The position numbers were made by a program, and so were the translations under genes. A stretch of 64,000 nucleotides of DNA from assembly GCA_964016885.1 (NCBI GenBank), contig OZ024745.1, positions 131,936,001-132,000,000 of the forward strand. The letters run 5' to 3'. This document shows, piece after piece, positions 1 to 14,192 of this stretch. The DNA is from Eledone cirrhosa. Lineage: Eukaryota. Within the stretch, counting starts at the first letter, position 1. Each line of letters begins with the position of its first letter. Under the pieces are notes generated by a model. It was not told the DNA's origin, did no database searches, and worked only from the letters and a program-made list of their open reading frames with translations.

Positions 1-1728
1 CAAACTCTGCTTTTAGACTATGATCTACAGTTTATAAGCAGATTAATAAGAAAACCTAAAAGAACTGTTGGGTATCTGGATGGCTGGGTTGATATGGTAA
101 CTTTGATAGAGGCCAGTATTGGCCCAAGCTATGTCTAACTTAATAGCACCACCTGGAATGATATGGATGGTTGGGTTGATATGGTAGAACTGAGAGTTTC
201 ACAGTTTCTGTCCCACTCTATTTACTGACACTGTATTTTGTCTATCTCTCAACAAACCAGCTTCTCTACCTCTAAGTAGGAAATACAGTGGTATAATTTA
301 CTGCTGTGGTCCAGCTATAAACTTACTAAGTGACTGGTTGGTTTGTAGAGCCAAGTTCGATCCTTCATTCAGGAAAATTTACTTATGATTCAAATAGTCT
401 ATAGGCAAGGAGATATTAACCTCTTATCCATTTAATAATATGAAAACTAGAAAGAAGCATCAATGCAGGTGATTAAGAAGTTATATGAAGAGAGAGAAAC
501 TATTAAGTAGAAGTATTTACACTATAATGTTCATGTAATGTTTAACAAGTTAGAAATCTGGAATAAAGTTAGCAACCATCTTTGACTAGCCTGAGAAAAT
601 AAGTTTGAGCATAGTAATAGCAGCAAGAAAAAAGAAAAAGCAAAGCTTGGGAGACAATGTTTTGAATGTTTAAATCTACATTGATTCAACTCTAGTAAAT
701 ATATACACAACCAGTGTTGGTATTGAGAAATATGCAAATAAAAAAACCTTATCAATTACAAAGTATACAAATTCTAGAAGAATAGTTACTAGATAACATT
801 TGAGCCAAGGGAACTACTGTAAACTAAAATATAACAAAACAAATTATGAAAAGAATATAGACATATAAAAAGGAGAGAAAGATGTGAAGAGAAAGAGAAG
901 TTATTTACTGATGTCTTGTTTATAATATCAGAGCCAGGTGGGTGAAGAAAAGTAACAAAGGATCAGATTCTTTGAAAAGACGTATTTTTGAAGATTATGA
1001 ATAGAGATAATTAGTTGAACTAATAGTTAGAGTTAGTTACATAGTTACTGAAACTGAATGTGTGTGTTTTTTAAATACTTTTTTTTGCTGAAGATGAAGC
1101 ATGGTTGAAACAGGAAGCTAAGAGAAGTACAGAAAACATTTAAACACAGTTTGCAACAGAATTTATCAGTTTGATGTCTTATCAGGTGACACTACAGCAG
1201 ATCTAATATTAGAATTTACTGCAGGGGATTTGAGATAATAGATTAGATTGAAATTTAAACGAAGAATTACAATCAACAGTCTATAGACATGTTCAATGAC
1301 AAAAAAAAGATTGGAAATTTCTAGGCTTTGATATTCAATATCTTCTAGCTTTTGGTTAGTTATACTAATGAGACAAACCAATAACCTCTAGGTAAACGAC
1401 AAACTATTCACTTATAAACTTTGATACATGTCAGACTTCAAATTGTTGGCTCAAGGAAACTAAGTCAAACAAACATTTTGGCTCCTGGCATTGGGAATAG
1501 GTACCAGATTATTAGAGAAGATTACTTTAAAATAAACCACCATACAAGGGAGAGATTTATCTCTTGTACATTTATTGCCATGGAACTGCAGCTCAACACC
1601 TGCCATTAAGAGATTTCTCAGCGTAAATTGATATTTTTGTTTGTTAATTTTTTAAAAGATACAGTCTAATAGCAATAAAAACAGTTATCAACCACTGCAG
1701 CCAGTACCACTCTTACCAGATACACACA

Positions 1729-4564
1729 TACAGCCCACCAACACACCTACAACCCACCAACACACCTACAGCCCACCAACACATCTACAGCCCACCAACA
1801 CACCTACAGCCCACGAACACACCTACAGCCCACCAACACACCTACAACCCACCAACACACCTACAGCCCACCAACACACCTACAGCCCACCAACACATCT
1901 ACAGCCCACCAACACACCTACAACCCACCAACACACCTACAACCCACGAACACACCTACAGCCCACCAACACACCTACAGCCCACGAACACACCTACAGC
2001 CCACCAACACACCTACAGCCCACCAACACACCTACAGCCCACCAACACACCTACAACCCACCAACACACCTACAGCCCACCAACACACCTACAACCCACC
2101 AACACACCTACAGCCCACCAACACATCTACAGCCCACCAACACACCTACAACCCACCAACACACCTACAGTCCACCAACACACCTACAGCCCACCAACAC
2201 ACCTACAGTCCACCAACCCACCAACACACCTACAGCCCACCAACACACCTACAGCCCACCAACACACCTACAGTCCACCAACACACCTACAGCCCACCAA
2301 CACACCTACAGTCCACCAACACACCTACAACCCACCAACACACCTACAGTCCACCAACACACCTACAGCCCACCAACACACCTACAGTCCACCAACACAC
2401 CTACAGCCCACCAACACACCTACAGCCCACCAACACACCTACAGCCCACCAACACACCTACAGCCCACCAACACACCTACAGTCCACCAACACACCTACA
2501 GCCCACCAACACACCTACAACCCACCAACACACCTACAGCCCACCAACACACCTACAGTCCACCAACACACCTACAACCCACCAACACACCTACAGCCCA
2601 CCAACACACCTACAGCCCACCAACACACCTACAGTCCACCAACACACCTGCAGCCCACCAACACACCTACAGCCCACCAACACACCTACAGTCCACCAAC
2701 ACACCTACAACCCACCAACACACCTACAGTCCACCAACACACCTACAGCCCACCAACACACCTACAGTCCACCAACACACCTACAGCCCACCAACACACC
2801 TACAGCCCACCAACACACCTACAGCCCACCAACACACCTACAGCCCACCAACACACCTACAGTCCACCAACACACCTACAGCCCACCAACACACCTACAG
2901 TCCACCAACACACCTACAGCCCACCAACACACCTACAGTCCACCAACACACCTACAACCCACCAACACACCTACAGCCCACCAACACACCTACAGCCCAC
3001 CAACACACCTACAGTCCACCAACACACCTACAGCCCACCAACACACCTACAACCCACCAACACACCTACAGCCCACCAACACATCTACAGCCCACCAACA
3101 CACCTACAACCCACCAACACACCTACAGTCCACCAACACACCTACAGCCCACCAACACACCTACAGCCCACCAACACACCTACAACCCACCAACACACCT
3201 ACAGTCCACCAACACACCTACAGTCCACCAACACACCTACAGCCCACCAACACACCTACAACCCACCAACACACCTACAGTCCACCAACACACCTACAGC
3301 CCACCAACACACCTACAGCCCACCAACACACCTACAGCCCACCAACACACCTACAACCCACCAACACACCTACAGTCCACCAACACACCTACAGTCCACC
3401 AACACACCTACAGCCCACCAACACACCTACAACCCACCAACACACCTACAGTCCACCAACACACCTACAGTCCACCAACACACCTACAACCCACCAACAC
3501 ACCTACAACCCACCAACACACCTACAGCCCATCAACACATCTACAGCCCACCAACACACCTACAACCCACCAACACACCTACAGTCCACCAACACACCTA
3601 CAGCCCACCAACACACCTACAACCCACCAACACACCTACAGCCCACCAACACACCTACAACCCACCAACACACCTACAGTCCACCAACACACCTACAGTC
3701 CACCAACACACCTACAGCCCACCAACACACCTACAACCCACCAACACACCTACAGTCCACCAACACACCTACAGTCCACCAACACACCTACAACCCACCA
3801 ACACACCTACAACCCACCAACACACCTACAGCCCATCAACACATCTACAGCCCACCAACACACCTACAACCCACCAACACACCTACAGTCCACCAACACA
3901 CCTACAGCCCACCAACACACCTACAGCCCACCAACACACCTACAGCCCACCAACACACCTACAACCCACCAACACACCTACAGTCCACCAACACACCTAC
4001 AGTCCACCAACACACCTACAGCCCACCAACACACCTACAACCCACCAACACACCTACAGTCCACCAACACACCTACAGTCCACCAACACACCTACAACCC
4101 ACCAACACACCTACAACCCACCAACACACCTACAGCCCATCAACACACCTACAGCCCACCAACACACCTACAACCCACCAACACACCTACAGACCACCAA
4201 CACACCTACAGACCACCAACACACCTACAACCCACCAACACACCTACAACCCACGAACACACCTACAGCCCACCAACACACCTACAGCCCACCAACACAC
4301 CTACAACCCACGAACACACCTACAGCCCACCAACACACCTACAGCCCACCAACATACCTACAACCCAACAACACACCTACAGCCCACCAACACACCTACA
4401 GCCCACCAACACACCTACAGCCCACCAACACACCTACAACCCACGAACACACCTACAGCCCACCAACACACCTACAGCCCACCAACACACCTACAACCCA
4501 CCAACACACCTACAGCCCACCAACAGCCCACCAACACACCTACAACCCACCAACACACATCTAC
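1729..4564. repeat. 19-bp minisatellite (CAGCCCACCAACACACCTA), ~149 copies
   Basis: Directly visible tandem array with CAG/CAA/CAGT variants. Confidence 0.97.
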
Positions 4565-5039
4565 ATAATAACTTATATTAATGAAATGTGCATTTAGTGG
4601 AATAGGTGGCCACAGAAAGACAGCTAGATAAATGGCTAATGGATGGATTGCTGGAAGGAGTGTGGATAGGAATATATATGGAAGATAGTTAAGGAACTAC
4701 TGTTAAAGAAGATCTTTGCCAAGAACTATGTAGATAATTCTTTATAGTCATAACCATCATTACAATCCTCATCATAAGATGGCATAAACAGAGTTTTGCC
4801 AGAACAGCCAATTAGGTGTTTTCTCTTAGCCTTTCTTGACTTGCTCGCCACCTCTCTCCCTCTCCTCTCTCTCTCTGTCTCTCTATTGTTTTCTTTTCAT
4901 TCTATTCCGTCTCTCATTGAAATCCATTTTAATTTACTTTTGCTTCTAGATTTTCCTTCAATTCTTTCTCTTTTTTTCAGTCTATTTTCTTTCTTAATTT
5001 AGACTGTTTTCAAGATTTAAATTATCATTGCAGATGGTG

Positions 5040-5395
5040 CGAAGATCATGGAATGAGTCCAAATTTACCAAACAAGACCTTGTCCAGGACCCCACATCTA
5101 AACCAGCCGTCTTTGACCTTCCCAGAAAGCAATAGGTGTCCCTTAATCAGATCCAAACAACACCTACCAGGGCAGCCCATCATCTCCATTGATGGAAAAT
5201 GAAAGACAGCCCAACATGTGACTACAGGAACCCTGACCAGACAGTACTGCATGTGGTTTGGGACTGACCCTTCAGATGTTCTCCCCAGTAGCCTGGAGGC
5301 AATCCATAATATTACAAATGACACCTTGGTCTGATTCTCCAGTCTTGACCTAGCTATTGTGTATATGTCATATGACACAACAAAGAAAAAGAATT
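5040..5395 (+). mobile_element. Ingi/Vingi-like (I-group) LINE 3' fragment, decayed
   Basis: Translates to LVQDPTSKPAVFDLPRKQ*VSLNQI...WKMKDSPTCD...QTVLHVV, a decayed C-terminal CCHC region. It ends CATATGAC plus an A/G-rich tail and is homologous to 58320-58610. Confidence 0.65.
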
Positions 5396-6049
5396 GCAGA
5401 TGGTTGGAATTTCTTGTACAATACTTCATATTACCATCCAATGTCATGTAGTTTTTCTATGTTTAGTAACTATGAAATGATACATTAGCTGAGGTTGAAA
5501 AAGCTGACAGGTCTTTTCTCAATCCAGTGAACCTCACCACAACATGAAGTAGAAAGTGAAACAAGTTTTGAGTACTGGGTGAATGAAGCAAGCTAGAAAT
5601 GTTCAAGTATCTGATTCTGGTTACATTGTGGAACAGAAACAGAATGTTCACATGAGTCAAGGGATCAATATCATGTTTTTTTTTTGTTTTTTTTTTGTGG
5701 AGAAGGAGGGGAGGGGGTCTTTACTTTCTTCATTTATATTTAAATATTTCTTCATTTTGACATACGTCCCACCAATATTTCTTCCTTTTGACATATGTCC
5801 CACCCTTGCAAGCAGGGAAAAGCAGACGTATGATGATGATGATGATGATGATTTTCCATAAATCCAAAGTTCAAACGACTCCAAGATAAGGGTCCAACAT
5901 TTGGGGTTTGATCCAACTTCTTTTTTTATTCTGTAATACATTATTTTTCCATTTCTCTTTATGCTCGATATCCTTTTGTTTGAGAGGTTCAACATTCTCT
6001 TTTCTCTCATCAAAATATTTTAGAAAGCTCAGTTAAATATTTTAACAAA

Positions 6050-6369
6050 GGTAACATGACATATTTTGAAACAGATTTTACGGGCAAAACCAACTGGCAG
6101 GAGACCCAGAAAAGGGTACTATGGACATGTGGTTAGAATGTCTCAGGAAAGAATCGCTGGACAAATTTTACAGACAAAACCAATTGGCAGGAGACCCCTG
6201 GGTAGACCCCAAGCAAGATGGTTGGATAACATCCATGAGCTTGGCTGGTCTTGCTTGGGGATCCAGCTGGATCAGTTACAGATGATTGCTTCAGACAGGA
6301 CCTGCTGGAGGGAGTGTTTTGGGACTCTGACCCCCATGAACCTCTCAAGAAGAAGAAGGAGGAGGAGAA
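6050..6369 (+). mobile_element. RTE-clade LINE 3' end with (GAA)n tail and short internal duplication
   Basis: YGHVVRMSQERIAGQILQTKPIGRRPLGRPQARWLDNI is a typical RTE ORF C-terminus. Same family as 21080, 23750, 49840 and 55320. Confidence 0.8.
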
Positions 6370-6806
6370 GGTTACCATGTCTTTAACAAACTAAAGAGTC
6401 AACTCTACCCTACACTCTCAAATCATTTGGCAACAAGTTTACAGTGTGTACTGGGTGTATTTTATCATACCACCAGCATTACAGAGGTGACCATGTCTTT
6501 AACAAACTAAAGAGTCAACTCAACCCTACACTCTCAAATCATTTGGCAACTAGTTTACAGTGTGTACTGGGTGTATTTTTATCATACCACCAGCATTACA
6601 GAGGTTACCATGTCTTTAACAAACTAAAGAGTCAACTCTACCCTACACTCTCAAATCATTTGGCAACAAGTTTACAGTGTGTACTGGGTGTATTTTATCA
6701 TACCACCAGCATTACAGAGGTTACCATGTCTTTAACAAACTAAAGAGTCCACTCTACCCTACACTCTCAAATCATTCGACAGTAATTTTACAGAGAGTAT
6801 TGGGTG
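6370..6806. repeat. ~116-bp tandem repeat, ~3.7 copies
   Basis: Units start at 6370, 6486, 6603 and 6719 (GGTTACCATGTCTTTAACAAAC...) and are nearly identical. Confidence 0.93.
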
Positions 6807-7279
6807 CAAGGCTAACCTCTGTGTTAGCAGAAAACATGACCTTGAAACATTTGTTGTATAAACAGAAAGAGACAACATATATTATACAATAAGGAACAGG
6901 CAGTAGATTTTAATGAATTATCTTTGGCTTATACCAGTTATATTCTAATAGTTGTTCATCTTTAGCTAGGTTCTATTAGCAATTCCTTCTGACAATGGAG
7001 ATGTTGCTTTAGTTTTGGTCTTCGATTGGCAAATATAAACAGAAGATAAATCAAGTTCTTGATAAACAACAAACACAAATACGCAAAAGTACACATACCC
7101 TCCTTCAAACATAAACACATACTAAATCACACACATACACAAATATATACATATACAGGAATACACACACACACAAATACATACATATACATACAAATAC
7201 ATACATACACACACATTGTTCACTCATGCATTTTCACATAGTTTACAGTTAGGTGCTTTCTATAAATAAATTGTCTTTG

Positions 7280-7612
7280 ACACACATGTACATATATATA
7301 TACATATATATATATATACACACATATATATATATATGCATATACACACACACACATGTACATATATATACATATATATATACACACATGTACATATAAA
7401 TACACATATATATACACACACATGTACATAATTATACACATATATATATACACACATGTACATATAAATACATATATATACACACACACATGTACATATA
7501 AATACATATATATATACACACACATGTACATATATATATACACACACACATGTACATATACATATACACACACACACACATGTACATGTATATATATATA
7601 TATACACACACA

Positions 7613-7648
<36 letters not shown>

Positions 7649-7740
7649 TACACACACATGTACATGTATATATACACATATATATACACAACCAACTTAT
7701 ATATATATATATACACAACTAACATATATATATACACAAC

Positions 7741-7781
<41 letters not shown>

Positions 7782-7872
7782 TACAGAGATACATATATAC
7801 ATATATACATACATCATCATCATCATTTTACGTCTGCTTTTCCCTGCTTGCAAGGGTGGGACATACATACAA

Positions 7873-7903
<31 letters not shown>

Positions 7904-7978
7904 AATACATATATATACATACAGATATACATACATACATACATACATATTCATACATACATACATATATACATACAT
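7280..7978. repeat. (TA/CA/TACA)n compound microsatellite
   Basis: Visible low complexity; contains an RTE-tail stub at 7813-7863. Confidence 0.9.
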
Positions 7979-10692
7979 CTTCACACGACACCAGGAAGAC
8001 CTAAAAAAAAGTTAGAGAGACGATTTGGAGATACAAAATTTAAAACTTTGAACTCCAAACTACACCAGTTGAAACAACAACTCACAGCTACAACAGAAAG
8101 ACTGAAATATAAGTCAACAGCAGATAAATGACAAGTGCTAAACAGATTGTTTGCCAGAGATCCTAAATCAGTTTATCGCAGCTTCGGTGGCAAAAGCTCA
8201 ATCCCTGTAAATGACACCCCTTCAAAAGAACAGGTTGAGAGCTACTGGAGATCTGTCTGGGAAACGGATGACGGATTCAACAGACAAACTAATTGGCTAA
8301 AAGATCTGGAACAGGACTACTGCCAACATGTCCAGACAAAACAATATGACATAGATGGGTCAATACTGGAAACAGCTCTACAGAAAATGTTGAATAGGAA
8401 ATCGCCAGGCCCAGACCTCATTACAGGATACTGGTTGAAGAATTTCACTTTCTATCGGCAAGATCTCATACGGCTGTTTACAGAAACCATTAAAGGCACA
8501 CAAGAACTGCCCAGATGGTTATCAACTGCCACTACTCTCCTCATTCCCCAAAATAGCCAAAAATTGCTAAAATTACCGCCCAATAGCCTGCCAAAACATC
8601 ATGTATAAATTATATACTGGGTGCCTTAACCTGTTCTTACAGGATTACTGTGCTACCAACAACATCATAACACCTGAGCAAGCTGGTGGAAAGAGGGAGG
8701 TGTGGGGTTGCATAGATCACCTACTAACTAACAAAATGATTCAGGAAAAAACAACAAAGAATCGCAGAAACATGACTGTGGTGTGGCTGGACTATCAAAA
8801 AGCATTTGATAGTGTACCTCATGGGTGGATTATTAAGGCTTTACAGTTAGCCAAAGTCCCACAACCATTGGTAGCTGCTGTTGAATGCCTGACCAAGAAC
8901 TGGTACACCAATTTGATCCTTAGAGGTGAGAAGGAGCAAGTTAAGACTGATAAGATACATTACCAGAAGGGCATCTTTCAGGATGATAGCTTGTCAGTGC
9001 TACTCTTCGTTCTCTCACTAAATCCACTATCTTACCTACTCAGGAAACAAGGTGGACAAATAAGTGGGTCCAGAAGTATCTCCCATCTTCTCTTTGTTGA
9101 TGACCTGAAGTTGTATGGGCCAAATATCAATGACATCAAGAAACAATTGGACCTCATTACACAATTTTCAACCGACATCAAAATGAAATTTGGTGAGTCC
9201 AAGTGTGCATATTTGGCAGTAAAATGTGGAAGAGCTGTGCCCTCCTCTAGAAATCTAGAGATGAACGGCCTGACAATACAACCTCTACAGTCAGGTGACA
9301 ACTACAGATATCTTGGACAGGATGAGAATGTCAGATATGATGGACCCATAAATAAGGAGAGAACCAGAACTGAATACCTCAAAAGAGTAAAGAAAATATG
9401 GTCATCAGAACTGTCAGCGTACAACAAATACATTGCCCACAATACTTATGCTGTGCCAATTCTAACGCCAACATTTGGCCTGCTGAACTGGTCATTGCAA
9501 GAACTAAGTGGGATGGATGTTAGAACTCGCAAACTTCTCAGTGTTACTGGGAACTTTAACATCAATGGTGATGTGGATAGGCTATACTTCTCACGCAAGG
9601 AAGATGGCCGGGGGCTAAAATCAATATTAACAACATATGAGACCCGGATAGTAACACCTTCAACAGAGGAAAAAGGTTGGCAACCATCTTGCCCAGGTTT
9701 ATGAGCATGAAAAAAAAAAATCATTAGAATAGCGACTGATCTGGAGGAGAGATATGGAATAAAGCCTGATATAAATCTCTCACCCAGAGAAATCGGAAGA
9801 TCCTATTCAATGTTCAAAGAAGATTAAAAAATTGACCAATTTACAGAAAAAGTTGTGCATGGATACTTGAGACGTAAAACACAGACCATAGAGGGGATAA
9901 ACCACTAAAAAAGCCTGGCATGGAGTTCCGACAAGTTTATGACATCACACCTTGAGGGATATCTCTATGCAATACAGGAACAAGAACTCCCTACCAAATA
10001 TCTGCTGCACAAAAGAGGAGGGCCAGCAGCTGACAATAAATGTAGGCTATGTAAAACAAAGATCGAGGATGTAAGCCACATTGTTGCCAGCTGTGAAAGA
10101 ATGTCATCTCGCTACTACCTCCCCATGAGACACGATGGGATAGCTAGAACCATCTGGAATGCGCTTCGGAAAACAAAATTAACAACAAACGAGGAAGAAT
10201 ATATTGAGACAGATGGCACTAAGGAATACTGGTGGAACCTGAAAATAAAAACTGCCACCAAATTAAAGCACAACCGGCCTAATACTGTTGTTTGGGACCA
10301 CACATTGAAAACGTGTTCTGTTGTGGAGATCAGCTGCGCACTTGATGTAAACGTTGTCAGAAAAATACAGGAGAAGGAGGACATCTATGGACCATTGATG
10401 AGGAGTTTACAAATCCAGTATCCAAGATACACCTTTAGCTTCATACCCATCATTATTGGAGCTACGGGTTATATACCAACCCGCTTGGACCAAAGTATGA
10501 CTGAACTTGGATTTGCGGACAAAAAGCGCAGCTCCCTAATTCATAGTCTACAAATGACTGCGATAGCTGGCACCTTCAAAATTTGCAAAACCTTCTTGCG
10601 ATTCAAGGGATGACAATTTCTTTTCTTTTACAACCTTGCCACGAGGAAGGTGGCCGGTCAAAAAAAATATACTCGAAATTAAGAGAAAGAGA
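7979..10692 (+). mobile_element. R4/Dong-like non-LTR retrotransposon (RT + CCHC + restriction-like endonuclease), 5'-truncated and pseudogenised
   Basis: RT motifs KSPGPD, WLDYQKAFDSVPH, GIFQDDSLS, SHLLFVDDLKLY and YRYLG. These are followed by CRLC..HIVASC, RHD and HNRPN..VVEISC..K...Y (RLE). The ORF is broken by stops and frameshifts at ~8130, ~8570-8600 and ~9650-9910. Confidence 0.9.
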
Positions 10693-10694
10693 TA

Positions 10695-10727
<33 letters not shown>

Positions 10728-11351
10728 CATACAGATATACATACATACATATACACACATACATACATACACAGATATACATACATACACAGATATACAT
10801 ACATACATACAGATATACATACACATATACATACATTCATATATACATACATATATATATACCTCCAAACCCATGCAAGCGTGGAACATGGACGTTAAAC
10901 GATGATGATGATGATACATACAGATATACATACATAGATATACATACATATATACATACATACATAGATACAGATATACACACATACACACATACATACA
11001 GATATACATACATACATATATACATACATACATAGATACAGATATACACACATACACACACAGATACACATACATACAGATATACATACATACATATATA
11101 CATACATACATAGATACAGATATACACACATACACACACACACACAGAGATACACATACATACAGATATACATACATATATACATACATACAGATATACA
11201 TACATACATAGATACAGATATACACACATACACACACAGTTACACATACATACAGATACACATACACAACCAGTTATATATATATGTCACTCTACTACAA
11301 GCAATTCAATTTTGTTTCTATAAACAACAATATAAGTATACCCCCTCCCAT

Positions 11352-11415
<64 letters not shown>

Positions 11416-11448
11416 ATGAGTATATATGCATGTATATATATATGTGTG

Positions 11449-11496
<48 letters not shown>

Positions 11497-11667
11497 TGTA
11501 TATATATATATATATGTATATATATATGTATGTTTATATATATGTATGTCTATATATAGATATATTTATATATTTATATATAATGATTATATATATATAT
11601 ATATAATCACAGATAGATGGAAATGCGTAAATATATACATATATGAACGTATATACATATATATACC

Positions 11668-11712
<45 letters not shown>
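10693..11712. repeat. (TACA/TA)n compound microsatellite
   Basis: Visible low complexity. Confidence 0.9.
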
Positions 11713-11714
<2 letters not shown>

Positions 11715-12425
11715 TTCCTTTACTTATCCAAAAGAAAGAATGGTCATTTCTCCAGTATTGTATGAAGAATATTACATTTTAAAAAATTGCAATGTTTGAA
11801 GAGAAGAGATTATAACGGAATTGAGAATTGGCAGAGAAGAAAAGAAATGAGGTACACTACAGATAAATAACAAGATACACCATACGTACATACGTATATA
11901 TATATATTAAATGTAGACACATACATATACATACATATACATATATATATATCCAAACCCATGCAAGCGTGGAAGATGGACGTTAAACGATGATGATGAT
12001 GATGATACATACATATATATTAAATGTAGACACATACACATACATATATATAAATACATATATATATATATATATACACATACATATACATATATATATA
12101 TATACATACATACATATATATGAAATGTAGACACACGTGGATTCTGAGATAGAATGACACAGGTATTATATATAGACACATATAACATGGTTTTTGTAAT
12201 GATTAGAAAATAGAATAAACAAGAGAGAGAGGGAGAGGGGGAGAGAGAAGGTGGAGGGAGAGAGTGAGAAAGAGAGGGGAGGGAGAGAAAGAGAGGGGGA
12301 GGGAGAGATAGAGGAAAATAACTAAAAATAATCACAAAAGCAACCGCAATGTAAGTACATAAAGAGATAACAACAGCCACAACGACAACAACAACAACAG
12401 CCACGACAACAACAACAACAACAAT

Positions 12426-12644
12426 AAATGTTTCTACTTTAGGCACAAGGCCAGCAATTTTGGGGGAGGGGAAAGTCGATTAAATTGACCCCAGTGCATT
12501 ACTGGTACTCAATTTTATCAACCCCGTAAGGATGAAAGACAAAGTTAACGTCGGTGGAATTTGAACTCAGAACGTAAAGAGACATAACTCTATGCTGTAA
12601 AGCATGGCGTCCGATGCTCTACCGATTCTGTCAAACCACCTTCC
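12426..12644 (-). mobile_element. tRNA-derived SINE with Nin/Deu-like central domain
   Basis: The minus strand has an A-box-like TGACAGAATCGGTAGAGC, a B-box-like GAGTTCAAATTCC and the core CTTTCATCCTTACGGGGTTGATAAAATTGAGTACCAG. Multiple copies occur in the window. Confidence 0.8.
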
Positions 12645-12669
12645 TAAATAATAATAATAATAATAAATG

Positions 12670-13190
12670 ATTTCTTTATTAACCACAAAGGGTTTACATC
12701 AAGAAAAACATTATGACAGTACAGGATGAAAACATAGCATGTGAGTGTGTTTGTGTGTGTGAGTGTGTGTGTGTGTGTGAGTGTGTGTGTAAACAAATTT
12801 TAACAATGTTAAAAAAAAGATAATAAAACAAAGAAGGTTCCTCAATAGGGAGGAGATGTTTGAGAGTCATTCATGGAAAAACCCCAAAAAGCAACAGATT
12901 CTCTGATCTTTAGGGTAAGTTTCCTGTCCCAGTTGTACGCCTTCAAACTCACCCACCTTTCAACAAATTGCTTTGAAGGCACCACCTCTCTCTACCCTTA
13001 TTTTCCTCCTCAAAGAGGAAAGTGCTCGTCTTCAAACCTGTTAAGCGTGTCCACCATACAACCTCTTTCGCCAAGGCCACAAGACATATAAAAATGGCCC
13101 GCCCTTCTTGACTTCAGGACAATCTTCACAATGGACTTGGTTGATAACCGAAACTGTCCTAAACATGACAGCTGGTGTTCAACATAAACC
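12670..13190 (-). mobile_element. Tx1/L1-clade LINE 3' fragment
   Basis: Decayed ORF end (..REVVPSKQFVERW..) followed by a 3'UTR ending in AATAAAGAAAT plus an (ATT)n tail on the minus strand. Confidence 0.55.
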
Positions 13191-13780
13191 CACAATAATA
13201 ATACCGCAAAAATGACAAGTATAATGCATACAAAAACAAAATCAAAGAAAAAAAGGAAAGAGGAAAAAGTAGCGAGGCTGGAATAAAAATACTTCCTGGA
13301 TAAACATTGAAGTTTGAAATCTATTTTACTTGTCTTTGTAAATGGATGTATGTATATGTAAGAATACATATGTATATTATATATATATATTATGCCTCAT
13401 CCCACCCTCCCATTGGTAAGTGGTTGTGTAGGTGTCATGACAAAAAGTACCCAGCTCACACTGTAGCGTGGTTGACCACACACACTAGTATCAACCTGGG
13501 CATTTCCTCTCTGCAGGGAAATCTATGGGAAAAATACACTGACTGTCATTTACCTAAAGTTCAGTTTGATTTCATTCTGTTCAAGTTCAGTGAACGAATA
13601 TCATCTTACACAACTTGGGGAGGAGGGATACTACTGTCTGTCTGTCTGTCTGTCTGGTGAGTGGAGAGGAGGGATACTACTGTCTGTCTGTCTGTCTGTC
13701 TGTCTGGTTGGTGAGTGGAAAGCAAGGAAAATACATTGTAGAGAATGGAACAAAGTAAATAAATATTGGAAAGAATGAAA

Positions 13781-14192
13781 TGTGTGTGAGAGAGTGTGTT
13801 GTGTTGTGTGTGAGAGTGTGTGTTGTGTATGAGAGTGTGTGTTGTGTTGTGCTGTGTGTTGTGTGTTGTATTGTGTTGTGTGAGAGTGTGTTGTGTTGTG
13901 TGTGTGAGAGAGTGTGTGTTGTGTTGTGTATGTGAGAGTGTGTGTTGTGTTGTGTGTGTGAGAGTGTGTTGTGTTGTGTGTGTGAGAGTGTGTGTTGTGT
14001 TGTGTTGTTGTGTGAGAGTGTATGTTGTGTTGTGTGTGTGAGAGTGTATGTTGTGTGTGAGAGTGTGTGTTGTGTGTGAGAGTGTGTGTTGTGTGTGAGA
14101 GTGTGTGTTGTGTTGTGTGTTGTGTTGTGTTGTGTTGTGTTGTGTTGTGTTGTGTGTGTGTGAGAGTGTGTGTTGTGTTGTGTGTGTCTGTG
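13781..14192. repeat. (GT/GTT/GAGA) compound microsatellite
   Basis: Visible low complexity. Confidence 0.9.
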
